DNA of 64,000 nucleotides, from contig OZ024753.1 in NCBI GenBank assembly GCA_964016885.1, forward strand, positions 14,632,001-14,696,000, read 5' to 3'. The translations under genes and the position numbers were made by a program. Shown one piece after another: positions 28,523 to 41,819 of this stretch (positions are counted from its first letter, which is position 1; each line of letters begins with the position of its first letter). A model generated the notes under the pieces. The model was not told where the DNA came from, ran no database searches, and worked only from the letters and a program-made list of their open reading frames with translations. Source of the stretch: Eledone cirrhosa. Taxonomy: Eukaryota.

Positions 28523-28590
28523 TATTCCATTACCAAAGGTTTCAGGAGACTAGACAATCCTTATGTCCAGCTCATTCATCAGATGAAATA
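28523..28590 (-). ncRNA. Type I hammerhead ribozyme (family B-related), solo and sense to SK
   Basis: TATTTCAT-CTGATGA-ATGAGCTGGACA..TGTCTAGTCTCCT-GAAAC-CTTTG-GTA|ATGGAATA. Stem I is 8 bp, stem II is extended, stem III is ACC/GGT. Confidence 0.8.
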
Positions 28591-28837
28591 GTTATGTTTA
28601 TTATATATATATTTATAATGTAATATGTATATATTCATATGTATAAAATAAGACACAATATGTGTGTAAGCAGGAACAAAGTCTCAAGGTTGCATCATAT
28701 ACAAACTTTAAAACCATATGACAATTGTTTTGATATTGACCAGTTCAAAGTTCTCTGACGAGTGAGCCACCTGCTGCAACTGTCATCACACACCTAACTA
28801 CTAAATACACAAACACATATATATTATACACACACAC

Positions 28838-28874
<37 letters not shown>

Positions 28875-29504
28875 ATTGTTTGACTTAGTCCAATGAGAAC
28901 TTTGTATGTTATTGTATCATTGATAATTGTTATGATATTTCAGGGTTAGGACTCGTTTTTCAGCTGAAAAATATCATAAAATATAAGGTAAAAGTGTAAA
29001 ATGTTGATTTGCTTTGTTTTTCTTAGTTTACTCTAGTTTTCTCTCCTGTTTCTTTAAGTTGCATTATAGCAACATTCCCAGAACAATCACGAACACATAA
29101 ATATTGCAAATCATGGCTAAGTTTATTGTCAAGATATTTCAAAGTGAAAAAAATGATAAAAGGTATATTAAAAAGCATCAATTTGAGACAGAACTGTGAA
29201 AGAGTAATAGGACAAAAAGATATTGTTGAAATAGAACATGGAACAGTGCTAAAAATACTGCTAAATTGTATAAAAAAAGAAAGAAATTTTACAGAATGGT
29301 GGATATTATGTCTATATAACAGTAAATTGTTAGAGCATAAACATCAAAGTGTAACTTTTCAGCATAAAATGATTTCTAAAAAAAGTATGAAAGAATATTA
29401 ACAAATATGTTACCATTGGACTTCAAGGTCTAACAATTTGTTGTTATATATATATAAGAATAAAGGAACAAAGAATCAGTGATCCAATATATACATATTT
29501 AATA

Positions 29505-29596
29505 ACATATTACATATGTTTCACTGTTGATCAGTTCGAGGTACTATCTATTATTGATTGAACCTGACTCTGGAATCGAAACATCCTCAGATATGT
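29505..29596 (-). ncRNA. Type I hammerhead ribozyme (family C), left arm of fold-back 29453-29810
   Basis: ACATAT-CTGAGGA-T..(~60 nt)..T-GAAAC-ATAT-GTA|ATATGT. Confidence 0.7.
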
Positions 29597-29667
29597 TTTA
29601 ACATGTAGACACCTATATATATCTGTGTAAGCTTGTCTCAAAATCAGAGACGAGCTTACATATTGAG

Positions 29668-29759
29668 GCATATCTGAGGATCTTTCGATTCCAGAGTCAG
29701 GTTCGATCAATAATAGATCGTTCCTCGAGCTAATCGACAGTGAAACATATGTAATATGT
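29668..29759 (+). ncRNA. Type I hammerhead ribozyme (family C), right arm
   Basis: GCATAT-CTGAGGA-TCTTTCGATT..AATCGACAGT-GAAAC-ATAT-GTA|ATATGT. Confidence 0.72.
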
Positions 29760-29945
29760 TATTAAATATGTTATGATGCAATACTGATTCTTTGTTCCTG
29801 TATTCTTATACTATTATACTCTGCTCTGCACAAGCATTGAGTGTTCAGCCAGCATACTGCCTACAGATACAATTATTGTGCACCTATATATATATATATT
29901 ATGAAATACTGTTGGCTTCCTGCTCACAATAATTTCTATATTTTC

Positions 29946-29988
<43 letters not shown>

Positions 29989-30024
29989 CATATATGTACA
30001 TATACATGTGTATATATATATATA

Positions 30025-30350
30025 TATAGAATGGAAAACGAAAAATCAATGCTGCATCGGAACTCAATTTATTGTATGTTACAATTGTTTCCCTGGCAAA
30101 CAGCACGAGGTGCGATCTGTGTGTGGATCTACCTGACTCTAGACTCGCAGGTTCCTCGGACATGTCTATTGATTTCTGAGAGGATATGCTCCAAAATCAA
30201 TAGACGTGTCCTAGGAACCTGCAAGTCTAGAGTCTAGAGTCAGGTCGATCCACACACAGATCGCACCTCAAGCTGTTTGCCAGGGAAACAATTGTAACAT
30301 ACAATAAATTGAGTTCCGATGCATCACTGATTTTTCGTTTTCCATTCTAT
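30025..30350. mobile_element. Penelope-like fold-back terminus with two core-mutated hammerheads (30074-30164 minus; 30205-30302 plus)
   Basis: Inverted arms of about 150 bp. Motif CCGAGGA or CCTAGGA-A-CCTG..CAGG-GAAAC-AATT-GTA|ACATAC. It shares agagtcagg..gatc..agatcg..cctc with family C. Confidence 0.7.
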
Positions 30351-30425
30351 AATACCCTGCTCCATAGGAGCATAGAGTGCTCAACCGGCATACTGCCTAT
30401 GGAAGCATCTTAGCTACCATCAGAG

Positions 30426-30501
<76 letters not shown>

Positions 30502-30504
30502 CCA

Positions 30505-31240
30505 TCTTTTTTTACATCTGTTTTTCCATGCTTGGATGGGTTGGATATGTATTTTTCAGCACAGTCTTCCTTCATCATCTCCTCTATGAGTCTCAGCAAT
30601 TTGAGATCAGCTCTAATTCACTCTGCCCAGGTCTTCCTCTACTGTGGCTTCCTTCCACTGGCATTTCCTGGTGCTTCTTTATCCAGCAACCATCATCCAT
30701 GTGCATAACATGCCTCCCTTGCATACCACTTCAAATTACTCTTCACCCTTTAGCCTTTACATTACTCTATATTTTCTATCATATTTTCGCAGTAAACACT
30801 TTACCTCACATAATTATCTCACATAATATCGAAGCTATGAAATTTTGATATTTATTTTGAGAACAATACCTTAACATCAGTATGAGCAGCCAGTTATGGC
30901 AAGTTTGAACAGAAAGAGGTAGAGAATTCTGGCCAGTTTTGGCCGGATATGGCCAATTTAAAATCTAAAGGGTTAAACCCAGTTTCTCCCTTTCTCTCAC
31001 ATTTGCAGTAAACATTCAACAAAATATGGTTACTTCTCTGCAGCCTATGCATGTCCTCTGCAGTCACTGTCCCTGTTTCACTACCATGCAGCAGCACCAC
31101 ATGTCCTCTGCAGTCACTGTCCCTGTTTCACTACCATGCAGCACCACATGTCCTCTGCAGTCACTGTCCATGTTTCACTACCATGTAGCACCACATGTTG
31201 TCTGCAGTCAGTCCATGTTTCACTGCCATGCAACATGACT
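30505..31240 (-). mobile_element. RTE LINE 3' fragment interrupted by a piggyBac-like MITE (30746-30972)
   Basis: Translation LHGSETGTVTAEDMHRLQR matches the RTE at 37.4 kb. The MITE has CCCTTTAG..TAAAGGG ends with ttca/TTAA flanks. Confidence 0.8.
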
Positions 31241-31509
31241 TAAAGTATCAAAAACACTGTAAGCCTTTTGTATTCTTTCATAAATATTGTTTTATAAAAT
31301 AAATAACATGACTAAAAGTCAGTTTTCTATATCTATCTTAGCTCATAAAAACAATCTCTCGGTGTTTGAACTCATTTTATATTAAAACAAATACTATTCT
31401 ACTACCCCACAATCTATATTTGCCTCCTGTCAGTCATCAGAATTATCTGAAGTTTTTTATACCAAACAATCTGAAACTACACATGGTTCTACAAAACTAT
31501 TTGTTTTAA

Positions 31510-31719
31510 CCCTTTAGCATTCACATTACTCTATATATACTATTATATTTTCATGGTAAAGGCTTTATCTCACATAATTATCTCACATAATATCGAATCT
31601 ATGAGATTTTGAAAGTATTTATTTTGAGATCAATACCTTAACATCAGTTTGAGCGACCAGTTACAGCCAGTTTCAACAGAAAGAGGCAGAGAATTCTGGC
31701 CGGTTTGAACACTAAAGGG
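31510..31719 (+). mobile_element. piggyBac-like MITE
   Basis: TTAA|CCCTTTAGC...CTAAAGGG|TTAA, same family as 16406. Confidence 0.88.
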
Positions 31720-33127
31720 TTAAACATATTTATATTTTTGCATACACAATAACAAAATATAAACAAACTTATTTACTTCACGAGGCTCGAGAAGGATAAA
31801 TATATATCAAATATATAAGAACCCTAGAGCAAATCCTGAGCAACGCCGGGCCATTCTGCTTGTATTTATCTAAAATCTTCCATCATAAATTTGTGTAAAA
31901 ATCTTTAAGTCATGTTTTGAAAACCAGTTTAATAATGATTTTTGATTTAGGCACAAGGCCAGCAATTTTGGGAGAGGGGAAAGTTGATTAAATTGATCCC
32001 AGTGCATTAGAGGTACTTTATTTTATCGACCCCGTAAGGATAGAAGGCAAAGCTAACCATGATAGGATTTGAAATCAGAATGCAAAGGGACATAACTCTA
32101 TGCCGCAAATCATGTCAGACACTCTACCCATACTGCAAATCCACCACCCTTTAAACTAGTTTAATAATGAGAAACGACCCTGTTGTGCCAAAGATATGAC
32201 AACGTCCCCTCTTCACTCAGTAGAAGGTAAAACCATACACAAATGCATAAGTGAGGTAACAGATCCCTGGTTTGTCTGAGAGATGAGTAGCCACTGCTTT
32301 AGTACTGACTTTGTCTATGTAGACCCATCCAACTCTTGCTAGCAGGGAAAGCAGATGTTTAAATGATGATGATTAATGATGGTGATGGTGATGATGGTGG
32401 TGATGATGGTGGTGATGATGGTGATGGTGATGATGATGGTGATAGTGGTGGTGATGATGGTGATGGTGGTGATGATGGTGATGGTGGTGGTGATGATAAT
32501 GGTGATGGTGATGATGATAGTGATGATGATAGTGGTGGTAGTGGTGGTGGTGATGATAAGAGATAATTATATTACTAAGTATTTAAAAAATTTTGATAAT
32601 TTAAAAATTAATAGAAAATCATAGACAGCCTTTAATTAGAAGTATGGTAACGAAAGTGGTTTTTATTAGAAATATGATAATAAAAATGTTAGGTTAAGTT
32701 TAAAGTCTCTTTTGAACCTAGAGAATACTTAGATCAGAGCTTGTCTTTGTTTTATTGGCATTAAAAACCTGAGAGTAAAAGACTTGAAAGCAGCCTTCAC
32801 TGGATGGGGTCTTTGACTATTGTTGTGTTAACTCACTGTTGCTTCTGTTTGCCATACTATTTACATCTGAGTTTACTGGAGCAATATAAAACGAAGTGCC
32901 TTGCTTAGAAACACAATATGCAGCTCCTTTTGGAATAGAACACACCACAACATTACAATTGTGAACCCAAGTCCCTAATTACTAAGCTGTATGCCTTCAC
33001 AGAACCATCTTAACTCAATCACTTTCCTTTCAGGTCTACTATTCCTGCATGTTGTAAGAGACAACTAAAAGTGTTGTTTATCAGGGAAGGGAATCTGGCT
33101 GTAAAACATTCAAAATGGCCCCAATAA

Positions 33128-33468
33128 TCATCATCATCATCATTTTACGCCCGCTTTTCCCTGCTTGCAAGGGTGGGACGGGAACTGATTCTAGCTTGAT
33201 TTCTACAGCTGGATGCCCTTTCTAACACTACAACCTTATTTATAGTGAGTGCTGGGTGCTTTTTTGCCGTGGCACCTTCACGACCACTTTGCAGTGGAAT
33301 GATAGGGACCCCAGTCCCTATCATCTCATTTCTACAGCTGAGTAAACTGGAGCAATGTGAAATAAAGTGTCTTGCTCAAGGAAACAACACGTCACCCGGT
33401 CTAAGAATTAAACTGACAACCTTCCGTTTGCAAGGCCAATGCTCTAGCCCCTAAGCCATGTGCCTTCA
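33128..33468 (-). mobile_element. SINE family 1
   Basis: Full-length match to the other copies. Confidence 0.85.
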
Positions 33469-34041
33469 TAAACAATAATGATTATAAAATTTGTCATGGG
33501 GTCTCCAGTGCTAATTCTTGCTTTAGTAGTGAAACAATGGCTGTAAATTACTTGTTATTGTTTTATTAGTTCCCCTAAAGTTCTGTATAGTGGTGATACA
33601 TTGTCCTTATGTAAAATCCCTAAGATTTACTGCAATGAAATTATAGTTTCTACTTTTGGCACAAGGCCAGCAATTACTCAGTACATTACTGGTACTTTAT
33701 TTTATCGACCCCGTAAGGATGAAAGGCAAAGTTAACATCGACGGGATTTGAACTCAGATCATGAAGGGACGTAACTATGCTGGAAAGCATGTCTGACCCT
33801 CTACTATAACCCCCCCCCCCTCCCCCTCTCGCCACACACAAATATATAGACATACACACACACAAACATATATATGTATTCGTATACATGCACACTTATA
33901 GACAAAAATATATAAATGTATACACACATAGACAAGCATATAAATATATACATATACATACACACACACAAATATATATATAAATGTATACATATACATA
34001 CATACACATACACGTAGAAATATATATAAATGTATACGCAT

Positions 34042-34381
34042 GGAGGCACATGGCTTAGTGGTTAGAGCATTGGCCTTGCAATCGAAAGGTTGTGAGTTCA
34101 ATTCTCAGGCCAGGTGGTGTGTTGTTTCCTTGAGCAAGACACTTTATTTCACATTGCTCCAGTTTACTCAGCTGTAGAAATGAGATGATAGGGACTGGGA
34201 TCCCTATCATTCCACTGCAAAGTGGTCATGGAGGTGCTATGGAAAAAAAAAGCACCCACCACTCACTGTAAATGAGGTTGGTGTTAGGAAGGGCATCCAG
34301 CTGTAGAAATCAAGCCAGAATCAGTTCCCGTCCCACCCTTGCAAGCAGGGAAAAGTGGACGTAAAATGATGATGATGATGA
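34042..34381 (+). mobile_element. SINE family 1
   Basis: ggaggcacatggcttagtggttagagc head through to the (TGA)n tail. Confidence 0.87.
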
Positions 34382-34994
34382 TACACACACACAAATATAT
34401 GTAAATGTATACACATACATACATACACATAGAAATATATATAAATGTATACACATACATACACATAGAAATATATATAAATGTATACACATACATACAC
34501 ATAGAAATATATATAAATGTATATACATACATACACTTATACATGTAAACAGACACACACATAGATTGTTCAAATATAAACACACATAAACAAACAGACA
34601 CACACACATACAGACAAACATATGTACACACATACATACACACACACACAGACAAACATATATATACAACCATGCATATGTATACACATAAATATATACA
34701 CGCATAGACAAACATATATATATGTATACATATAAATATATACACAAACATATATACGTATACATATAAATATATACACACACATACACATCGACAAACA
34801 TATATATGTATACATATAAATATATACACACACATACACATCGACAAACATATATATGTATACATATAAATATATACACACACATACACATCGACAAACA
34901 TATATGTATACATATAAATATATACACACACATACACATCGACAAACATATATATGTATACATATAAATATATACACACACATACACATCGACA

Positions 34995-35039
<45 letters not shown>

Positions 35040-35078
35040 ATATATACACACACATACACATAGACAAACATATATATG

Positions 35079-35495
35079 TGGGCACATGGCTTAGTGGTTA
35101 GATCATTGGGCTTGCAATGGAAAGGTTGTGAGTTCAATTCTCGGACTGGGTGACTTTATTTCACATTGCTCCAGTTTACTCAGCTGTAGAAATGAGATAA
35201 TAGGAACTGGGGTCCCTATCATTCCACTGCTAAGTGGTCGTGGAGGTGCCACGGCAAAAAAGCACCCAGCCCACACTATAAAGTGGACATGTAGGTAGGC
35301 GCCACGGAAAAAAAAGCACCCAGCCCACACTGTAAATGAGGTTGGTGTTAGGAAGAGCATCCAGCTGTAGAAATCAAGCCAGAATCAGTTTCCGTATGAG
35401 TAAGACATGGTCAGCTGACTGGACACTTCCCACAACAGGACAACCCATCTAACCCATGCTAGCGTGGAAGAACGGACATAAAACGGTGATGATGA
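35079..35495 (+). mobile_element. SINE family 1 variant with an alternative RTE-type tail
   Basis: Same head and body, with tail ctaacccatgctagcgtggaag..(TGA)n. Confidence 0.75.
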
Positions 35496-35524
35496 AATGC
35501 AGCAAGGTGTGGGTAATTCGGCTA

Positions 35525-35573
<49 letters not shown>

Positions 35574-36317
35574 CACACGGATTATGTGCGTCTGCAAAGT
35601 TTTCCGCTACCAAATTACACTGACAAGTCATTTTTCAACCTGAGGCTAGTTAAGGAGTGACTCTAAACCCATGTGGTTATGAAACAAACTTCTTAACCAC
35701 ATAGCCATGTTTAAACCTCAGCTATAATATCTATTTTATCAAGCAACCAATATTTATTTACTTCAGCACTATAGCAGTTTTATTTAGTATTTCTACTCCA
35801 AATTATAAATACGGATTTGAAAATGTTTGACTATCAAAGAATTCCTCATTTAGTAGCTGAAATTTAAAGAGTGCCAACATTTTCCAGCAATTTTACAAGT
35901 TTTTCTACTGCCTATTTTTCTATTTAAATTCATTTGATTAGTTTAAAGAGTAATGAGAATATATTTAATTAGGCAGAAGGAGGTATCATTTTTTTTTTTT
36001 TCTGAAAATTGATACAATGTTATCAGAGATATGATGAGAAATAGAGTAGAGTGAACAAAAAGAACTTTGGTGATAATATCATCTAAATTAGCTTTAAATG
36101 TTTCTAGAAAATTGCTTCTTTTAAGTCTGGTGAAATTCCAATTGCAATCATGAAAATCTGATCACAGCTAAATTTACATTCAAGTAAAGATTTAATTGTT
36201 GGAAAATGTAAATTATTGATTCCTTCAAAATAACAGATGAATGTTTTAATTAACACCAAGGACGTCAGCAGAAAATGTTTTATATATATATAGACTGGTT
36301 GCACTCATCATCAATCA

Positions 36318-37803
36318 GGCTATATACGGTGGTGTCATACCCAAAGACTGGTGCAGCAGTATTCTCATAAATTGCTACAAAGGTAAAGGGGATGCTCTAG
36401 AGAGGAGCAATTATAGGGGCATAAAGCTGATGGATTAGGTTATGTAAGTGGCAGAGAGAATATTAGCGCAACTGGTTAGAGAAAGGGTCAAATTAGATGA
36501 GATACAGTTTGGTTTTGTGCCTCGGAAAAGTACAACAGATGCCCTCTTCTTAGTGAGACAACTACAAGAGAGGTTCTTAGAGAAGAATAAGCCACTATAC
36601 TTAGCTTTTATTGACTTGTAGAAGGCCTTTGATAGGGTACCCCGATCTGTCATCTGGTGGTCCCTAAGGAAACTAGGTGTAGAGGAATGGCTTGTGAGGA
36701 CAGTGCAAGCGATGTACAGAGGTGCTGTCAGTAAAGTGAGAGTAGGAATGGAGTTTAGTGAGGAATTGCAGATACAAGTAGGTGTACATCAGGGTTCGGT
36801 CCTCAGCCTGCTCTTGTTCATTATAGTCCTCCAAGCCATAGCAGAGGAGTTTAAGCCTGGCTGCCCATGGAAACTTCTCTATGCTGGTGATCTGGTTCTT
36901 ATAGCAGAATCAGTAGAGGAGCTAGAGAATAAATTCTGGCTATGGAAACAGCAGTTGGAATCAAGAGGACTGAGAGTGAACATAGCTAAGACAAAAGTGT
37001 TGATAAGTAGAAGAGAGGACAAAACTCTGACTCCATCAGGGAAATAGCCATGTTTGATATGTGGAAAAGGAACTGGCATAAATTCTATAAAATGTACGCG
37101 ATGCAGATCTTGGGTACACAAGAGATGTAGTGGGATAGCAGGCAAACTAACAGGTAGGGAAAGCTATGTATGCAGTAGATGCACAGGGAAAGTTGGCTGT
37201 AGAAGTGGTTGATAGCTTCTGGTACCTATGTGATCAGATTAGCATGGGGGTGGGGGGTGTTCCGAGATCATAGTATTTAGAATAAGGATGGGTTGGAAGA
37301 AGTTTAGGGAGCTGCTTCCTCTGTTGACAAAGGAGGGTTTCTCACTGCATATGAAAGGCCAGTTATATGATACCTGTGTGAGATGCGCGATGCTGCATGG
37401 TAGTGAGACATCGGCAGCAACTGCAGAGGATATGCGACGGCTGGAGAGAAATGAAGCAAGCATGATCCATTGGATGTGCAATGTCAATGTGCGTGAAAGA
37501 CCAGGCATAGATGAGTTGAGAGAGAAACTGTCTGTTAGGAGGATAAGTCGTGGTGTGCAGGAGAGAAGACTGAGATGGTATGGACATGTGATGGGCATGG
37601 AGGATGACCGCTGGGTAAAGAAGTGCCAAGAAATCCCAGTTGAAGGAAAACCATGAAAAACATGGGTGGAGGTGGTGAGAGCAGACCTTAAATTGCTGAA
37701 ACTCATGGTGGAGATGACGAAGGACCATGACAATGCTGTGCTGAATAGGACCTGTCCCACCCTTGCAAGCAGGGAAAAGCGGATGTATGATGATGATGAT
37801 GAT
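36318..37803 (+). pseudogene. 5'-truncated, decayed RTE-clade LINE reverse transcriptase
   Basis: IPKDW..KGKGDALERSNYRGIKL..QFGFVPRKSTTDA..AFIDL*KAFDRV..GVHQGSVLS..LLYAGDL..RRLRWYGHV, with several stops and a (TGA)n tail. Confidence 0.93.
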
Positions 37804-37849
37804 ATATATATATATGGACCACCATCGTAAAATATATATATATGTGTAA

Positions 37850-37881
<32 letters not shown>

Positions 37882-38067
37882 GTGTGTGTGTGTGTGTATA
37901 TATGTATGTGTGTGCGTGTGTATATATATATATATATATCTGAGTATGCGTGTGCTTCTTCAAAATGGCTGATTAAATGCACAAGTGTTTTTCTAAACAA
38001 AATGTTTTTTCCATTCCTTTCTCTTCTCGCTCTCTATCATTCTATTTCATCTTGTATTTCTCATACT

Positions 38068-38105
38068 ATCTTCTGATGAAGGACTACTGTCCAAAACGTC
38101 AAAAG
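38068..38105 (+). ncRNA. Degenerate minimal hammerhead
   Basis: CTGATGA-A-GGAC tact GTCC-AAAAC-GTC. GAAA is mutated to AAAA, so it is probably inactive. Confidence 0.45.
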
Positions 38106-38619
38106 TCTTTTCCTACTATATTAAACAAATATATTTCTTCATTGTACTGTGTTGTTTTCTTTGTTGTTTCTGTTTACTTTTTGCATACATAAATATACAT
38201 ATGTGTATATATATATCTGATGCGGATTTTGTTGATGGGGATCAGGCAGATCTGGCATCTGGTCTGGAATATTAACCCAGATCATGAGTTGACTGTTTTT
38301 GAAACAATTGTATCCATGACTCATCAATAAATTCTTGATGTAACACCTCCTCTTTGTTCTTCTCATATATACATATATATATATATTCAATTAGAGAGTG
38401 TTGGTCGATTTAAAATCTGCCGATTTTTATATAACAGATTTTAAGCATTCAACGGTTTATGTTTATCTGGTGTTTTCTTATAATAATAAACAAACAAGAT
38501 GGTTACACCAGTCAATCCCTATTGATAAAATGAATATGAATTGACTGATGTAACCGTTTTATTTGTATATATGTATATATATATATATAAAAAATAAAAT
38601 TTCGCTCTACATGGCTGAA

Positions 38620-40022
38620 TATAATAAATGAAATCTGAGTTTTTCGAATATTAATAATAACATTCGATTCGTTTGCAATTATGCAAACAAGCCTCAATTT
38701 TATAGCCATGTCAGTAGAATGAACCCTTCATTCTTGCTCTTGTGTTGTCATGTGAACAGAACTGTATGCCGCATGTCAACACAAGAGCAAGAATGAAGTG
38801 TTCATTCTACTGACATGCAAGGTTTTTTACATGAAATCCTATGTTGAAATATTGTTATATTTGGGGACGGTCATATTGTTATAATATTGCCAGAAATAAT
38901 AACAGAACACACTCACTGTTTGGTTTGGGCTGGTTTTTGCTTCTGTATCTTTTATATCTCCACAGAAACGAAAACCAACCCAAACCAAACAGTGAGTGTG
39001 TTCTGTTATTATTTCTGGTAATATTATAACAATATATATATTATAACAATATATATATATATTAGAATTGGAGCTCTGAAATATTATACATTCATATATA
39101 TATATATATACAATAAATGTAATCTGAGTTTTTCGAATATTAATAATTGTTTCTACTTTAGGCACAAAGCCAGCAATTATCCAGTACATTACTGGTACTT
39201 TATTTTATCGACCCTGTAAGGATGAAAGGCAAAGTTAACCTCGGCTGGATTTGAACTCAGACTGTAAAGGGACGTAACTCTATGCTAGAAAGCATGGCGT
39301 CTGACCCTCTACCGATACTGCCAATTCACTGCCCTTACACTTCCTTCTTGCTCTTGTGTTGGCATGTGAACAGAACTGTATGCCGCATGCCAACACAAGA
39401 GCAAGAAGGAAGTGGTCATTCTACTGACATGGCTATAAAATTGAGGCTTTTTTGCATAATTGCAAACGAATCAAATATTATTATTAATATTCGAAAAACT
39501 CAGATTACATTTATTGTATATATATATATATATCATCATCATCATCATTTCATTTTATGTCCGCTTTTCCCTGCTTGCAAGGGTGGGACGGGAACTGATT
39601 CTGGCTTGATTTCTACAGCTGGATGCCCTTCCTAACACCAACCTCATTTATAGTGAGTGCTGGGTGCTTTTTTCCGTGGCGCCTACACATCCACTAATGA
39701 TAAGACCCCAGTCCTATCATCTCATTTCTACAGCTGAGTAAACTGGAGCAATGTGAAATAAAGTGTCTTGCTCAAGGACACAACACATCACAATATATAT
39801 ATTGTTATAATATTGCCAGAAATAATAACAGAACACACTCACTGTTTGGTTTGGGTTGGTTTTCATTTCTGTGGAGATATAAAAGATACAGAAGCAAAAA
39901 CCAGCCCCAAACCAAACAGTGAGTGTGTTCTGTTATTATTTCTGGCAATATTATTACAACAATATGACCCTCCCCAAATATAACAATGTTTCAACATAGG
40001 ATTTCATGTAAAAAACCTTGCA
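38620..40022. repeat. Complex of duplicated long hairpins with two inserted SINEs
   Basis: Hairpin 1 at 38708-38817 with a copy at 39338-39430. Hairpin 2 at 38874-39035 with an inverted copy at 39795-39965. SINEs at 39142-39335 and 39533-39790. Confidence 0.8.
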
Positions 40023-40030
40023 AAACAAAT

Positions 40031-40061
<31 letters not shown>

Positions 40062-41819
40062 ATCTTATACAAAATCACTGAATAATAGATCCAGTAAAAT
40101 ACTCTAAAGAACACTTCACAAGCATCTTTCTCTAGGGATACCGTCACAATCCAGCAACCCCCAATATAGGAAGCCTGACTAAAATTCCCTGACCGCCATT
40201 TTTTTTATTGCAGTTTCTGAACTGAAGAATTAAATCTGACCATTCCAATAGATATGGCCCTCATTCCCAGAACAGTCCATCATTGGAAGGAATTCTGTAA
40301 CATACAAGAATATAAATACCTGTTGAGAGAAATGTTGTCATCTCTCATCGAGCCAACATGGTGCAATAAAATATAGGTTTGCGATTTAGACACAAGGCCA
40401 ACAATTTTTAGAGGATTTAGAGGAGGAGAAAGTAGATTAAATCAACCCCAGTGCATTACTGGTGCTTTATTTTATCAACCCTGTAAGGAGGAAAGGCAAA
40501 GCTAACCTTGGTGGGATATGAACTCAGATTGTAAAGGGCCATAACTCTATGCTGCAAAGCATGGTGTCCGATGCTCTATCAATTCTGCCAATCTACAGCC
40601 ATAGTAAATAAAAAAAAATAACAATATTACAACGCATGCGTAGATTTACAAGGGAATAATGCCGCTAGAAATAGCAGTCAATACAGGCTGTCAATCAGCT
40701 TACCATTTTTTTTGCAGTATTTAATTGTATGTGTTTACACGTATAAATGTGTATGTGTTTACACGTATAAATGTGTGTGTGTTTACATATATAAATGTGT
40801 GTATGTGTGTTTACATATTTAAATGTGTGTGTGTTTACATATATAAAAGTGTGTATGTGTTTTTATATATATATATAAATGTGTCTGAGTTTGCATGCAT
40901 AAATGTGTGTTTACATGTTTAGATATGTGTATGTTTACACATATAACTGTATGTGTATTTACACATATAAGTGTGTGTGTGTTTGCATGCACAAATGTAT
41001 GTTTATATGTACATTTCCGGTTACATTTCATACTGTTTGTGTACAGATGTAAATTTATTAATATAAATCTATATCATTCCTATATAATGATAGATTGAAA
41101 TAGTAATAAAATGTCTGTAGCAGATGTAACATCTGGTAAGCATGAATCATTAAAATACATGCTAAAAAGACATGCATATGTTTAATACTTAGAAGAAGAA
41201 TATAACACATGCTAGCAATAAGGAAAAATATAAGTGTAAGATGTGAAATAGAATATTAAATTGTTTTCTGGGGGTGTTGAAAAGATTTTTGTTTAACCTG
41301 AAGCTTTCCAGCCCCCATCTCATGTATATGTGAGGCGGGCATTAAAAATGAAATTAGGAAAAAGGTTATGCCAAAAACCTTTCAGCACCTAGTATATATA
41401 AAAAAAGGGGTTGCTGAATTAAATGAAGAAATGTGTTAATCTAAGAACTTTCCAACACTTCTTTTGATTATATAAGTATGAATTTTTAAACATGCCAATA
41501 TGAACACCAACCTTCTCCCTCTCAATTCAAGCAAACATTAGAAAACAAAACACACACACACAAAACTAACATCATCATAAACTCATTAAAATCAAACACT
41601 ATGTATTCTTGCACACACAGGACCAGAGATAAGTTCAGTCAGAAGAATGACACAATGTTTTAATCCAGTTTATTTTGACCTCCAATTATGATGATAGACT
41701 TTTACCTGCTGAGGCCCAAAGCTATATAAAATTTGAGACCCTTCTCTAAAAAAATTTTGGTAAAAAATAAAAAATAATTATACAAGATCATAAATATTTT
41801 TTATATTAATTTTAATGAT

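Noticed and set aside
29126-29401. 91-aa ORF
   Set aside because: AT-rich, no recognisable motif, antisense within an intron.
34042-34115. tRNA gene
   Set aside because: A tRNA-derived SINE head continuing into the SINE body, with no complete acceptor stem or terminator.
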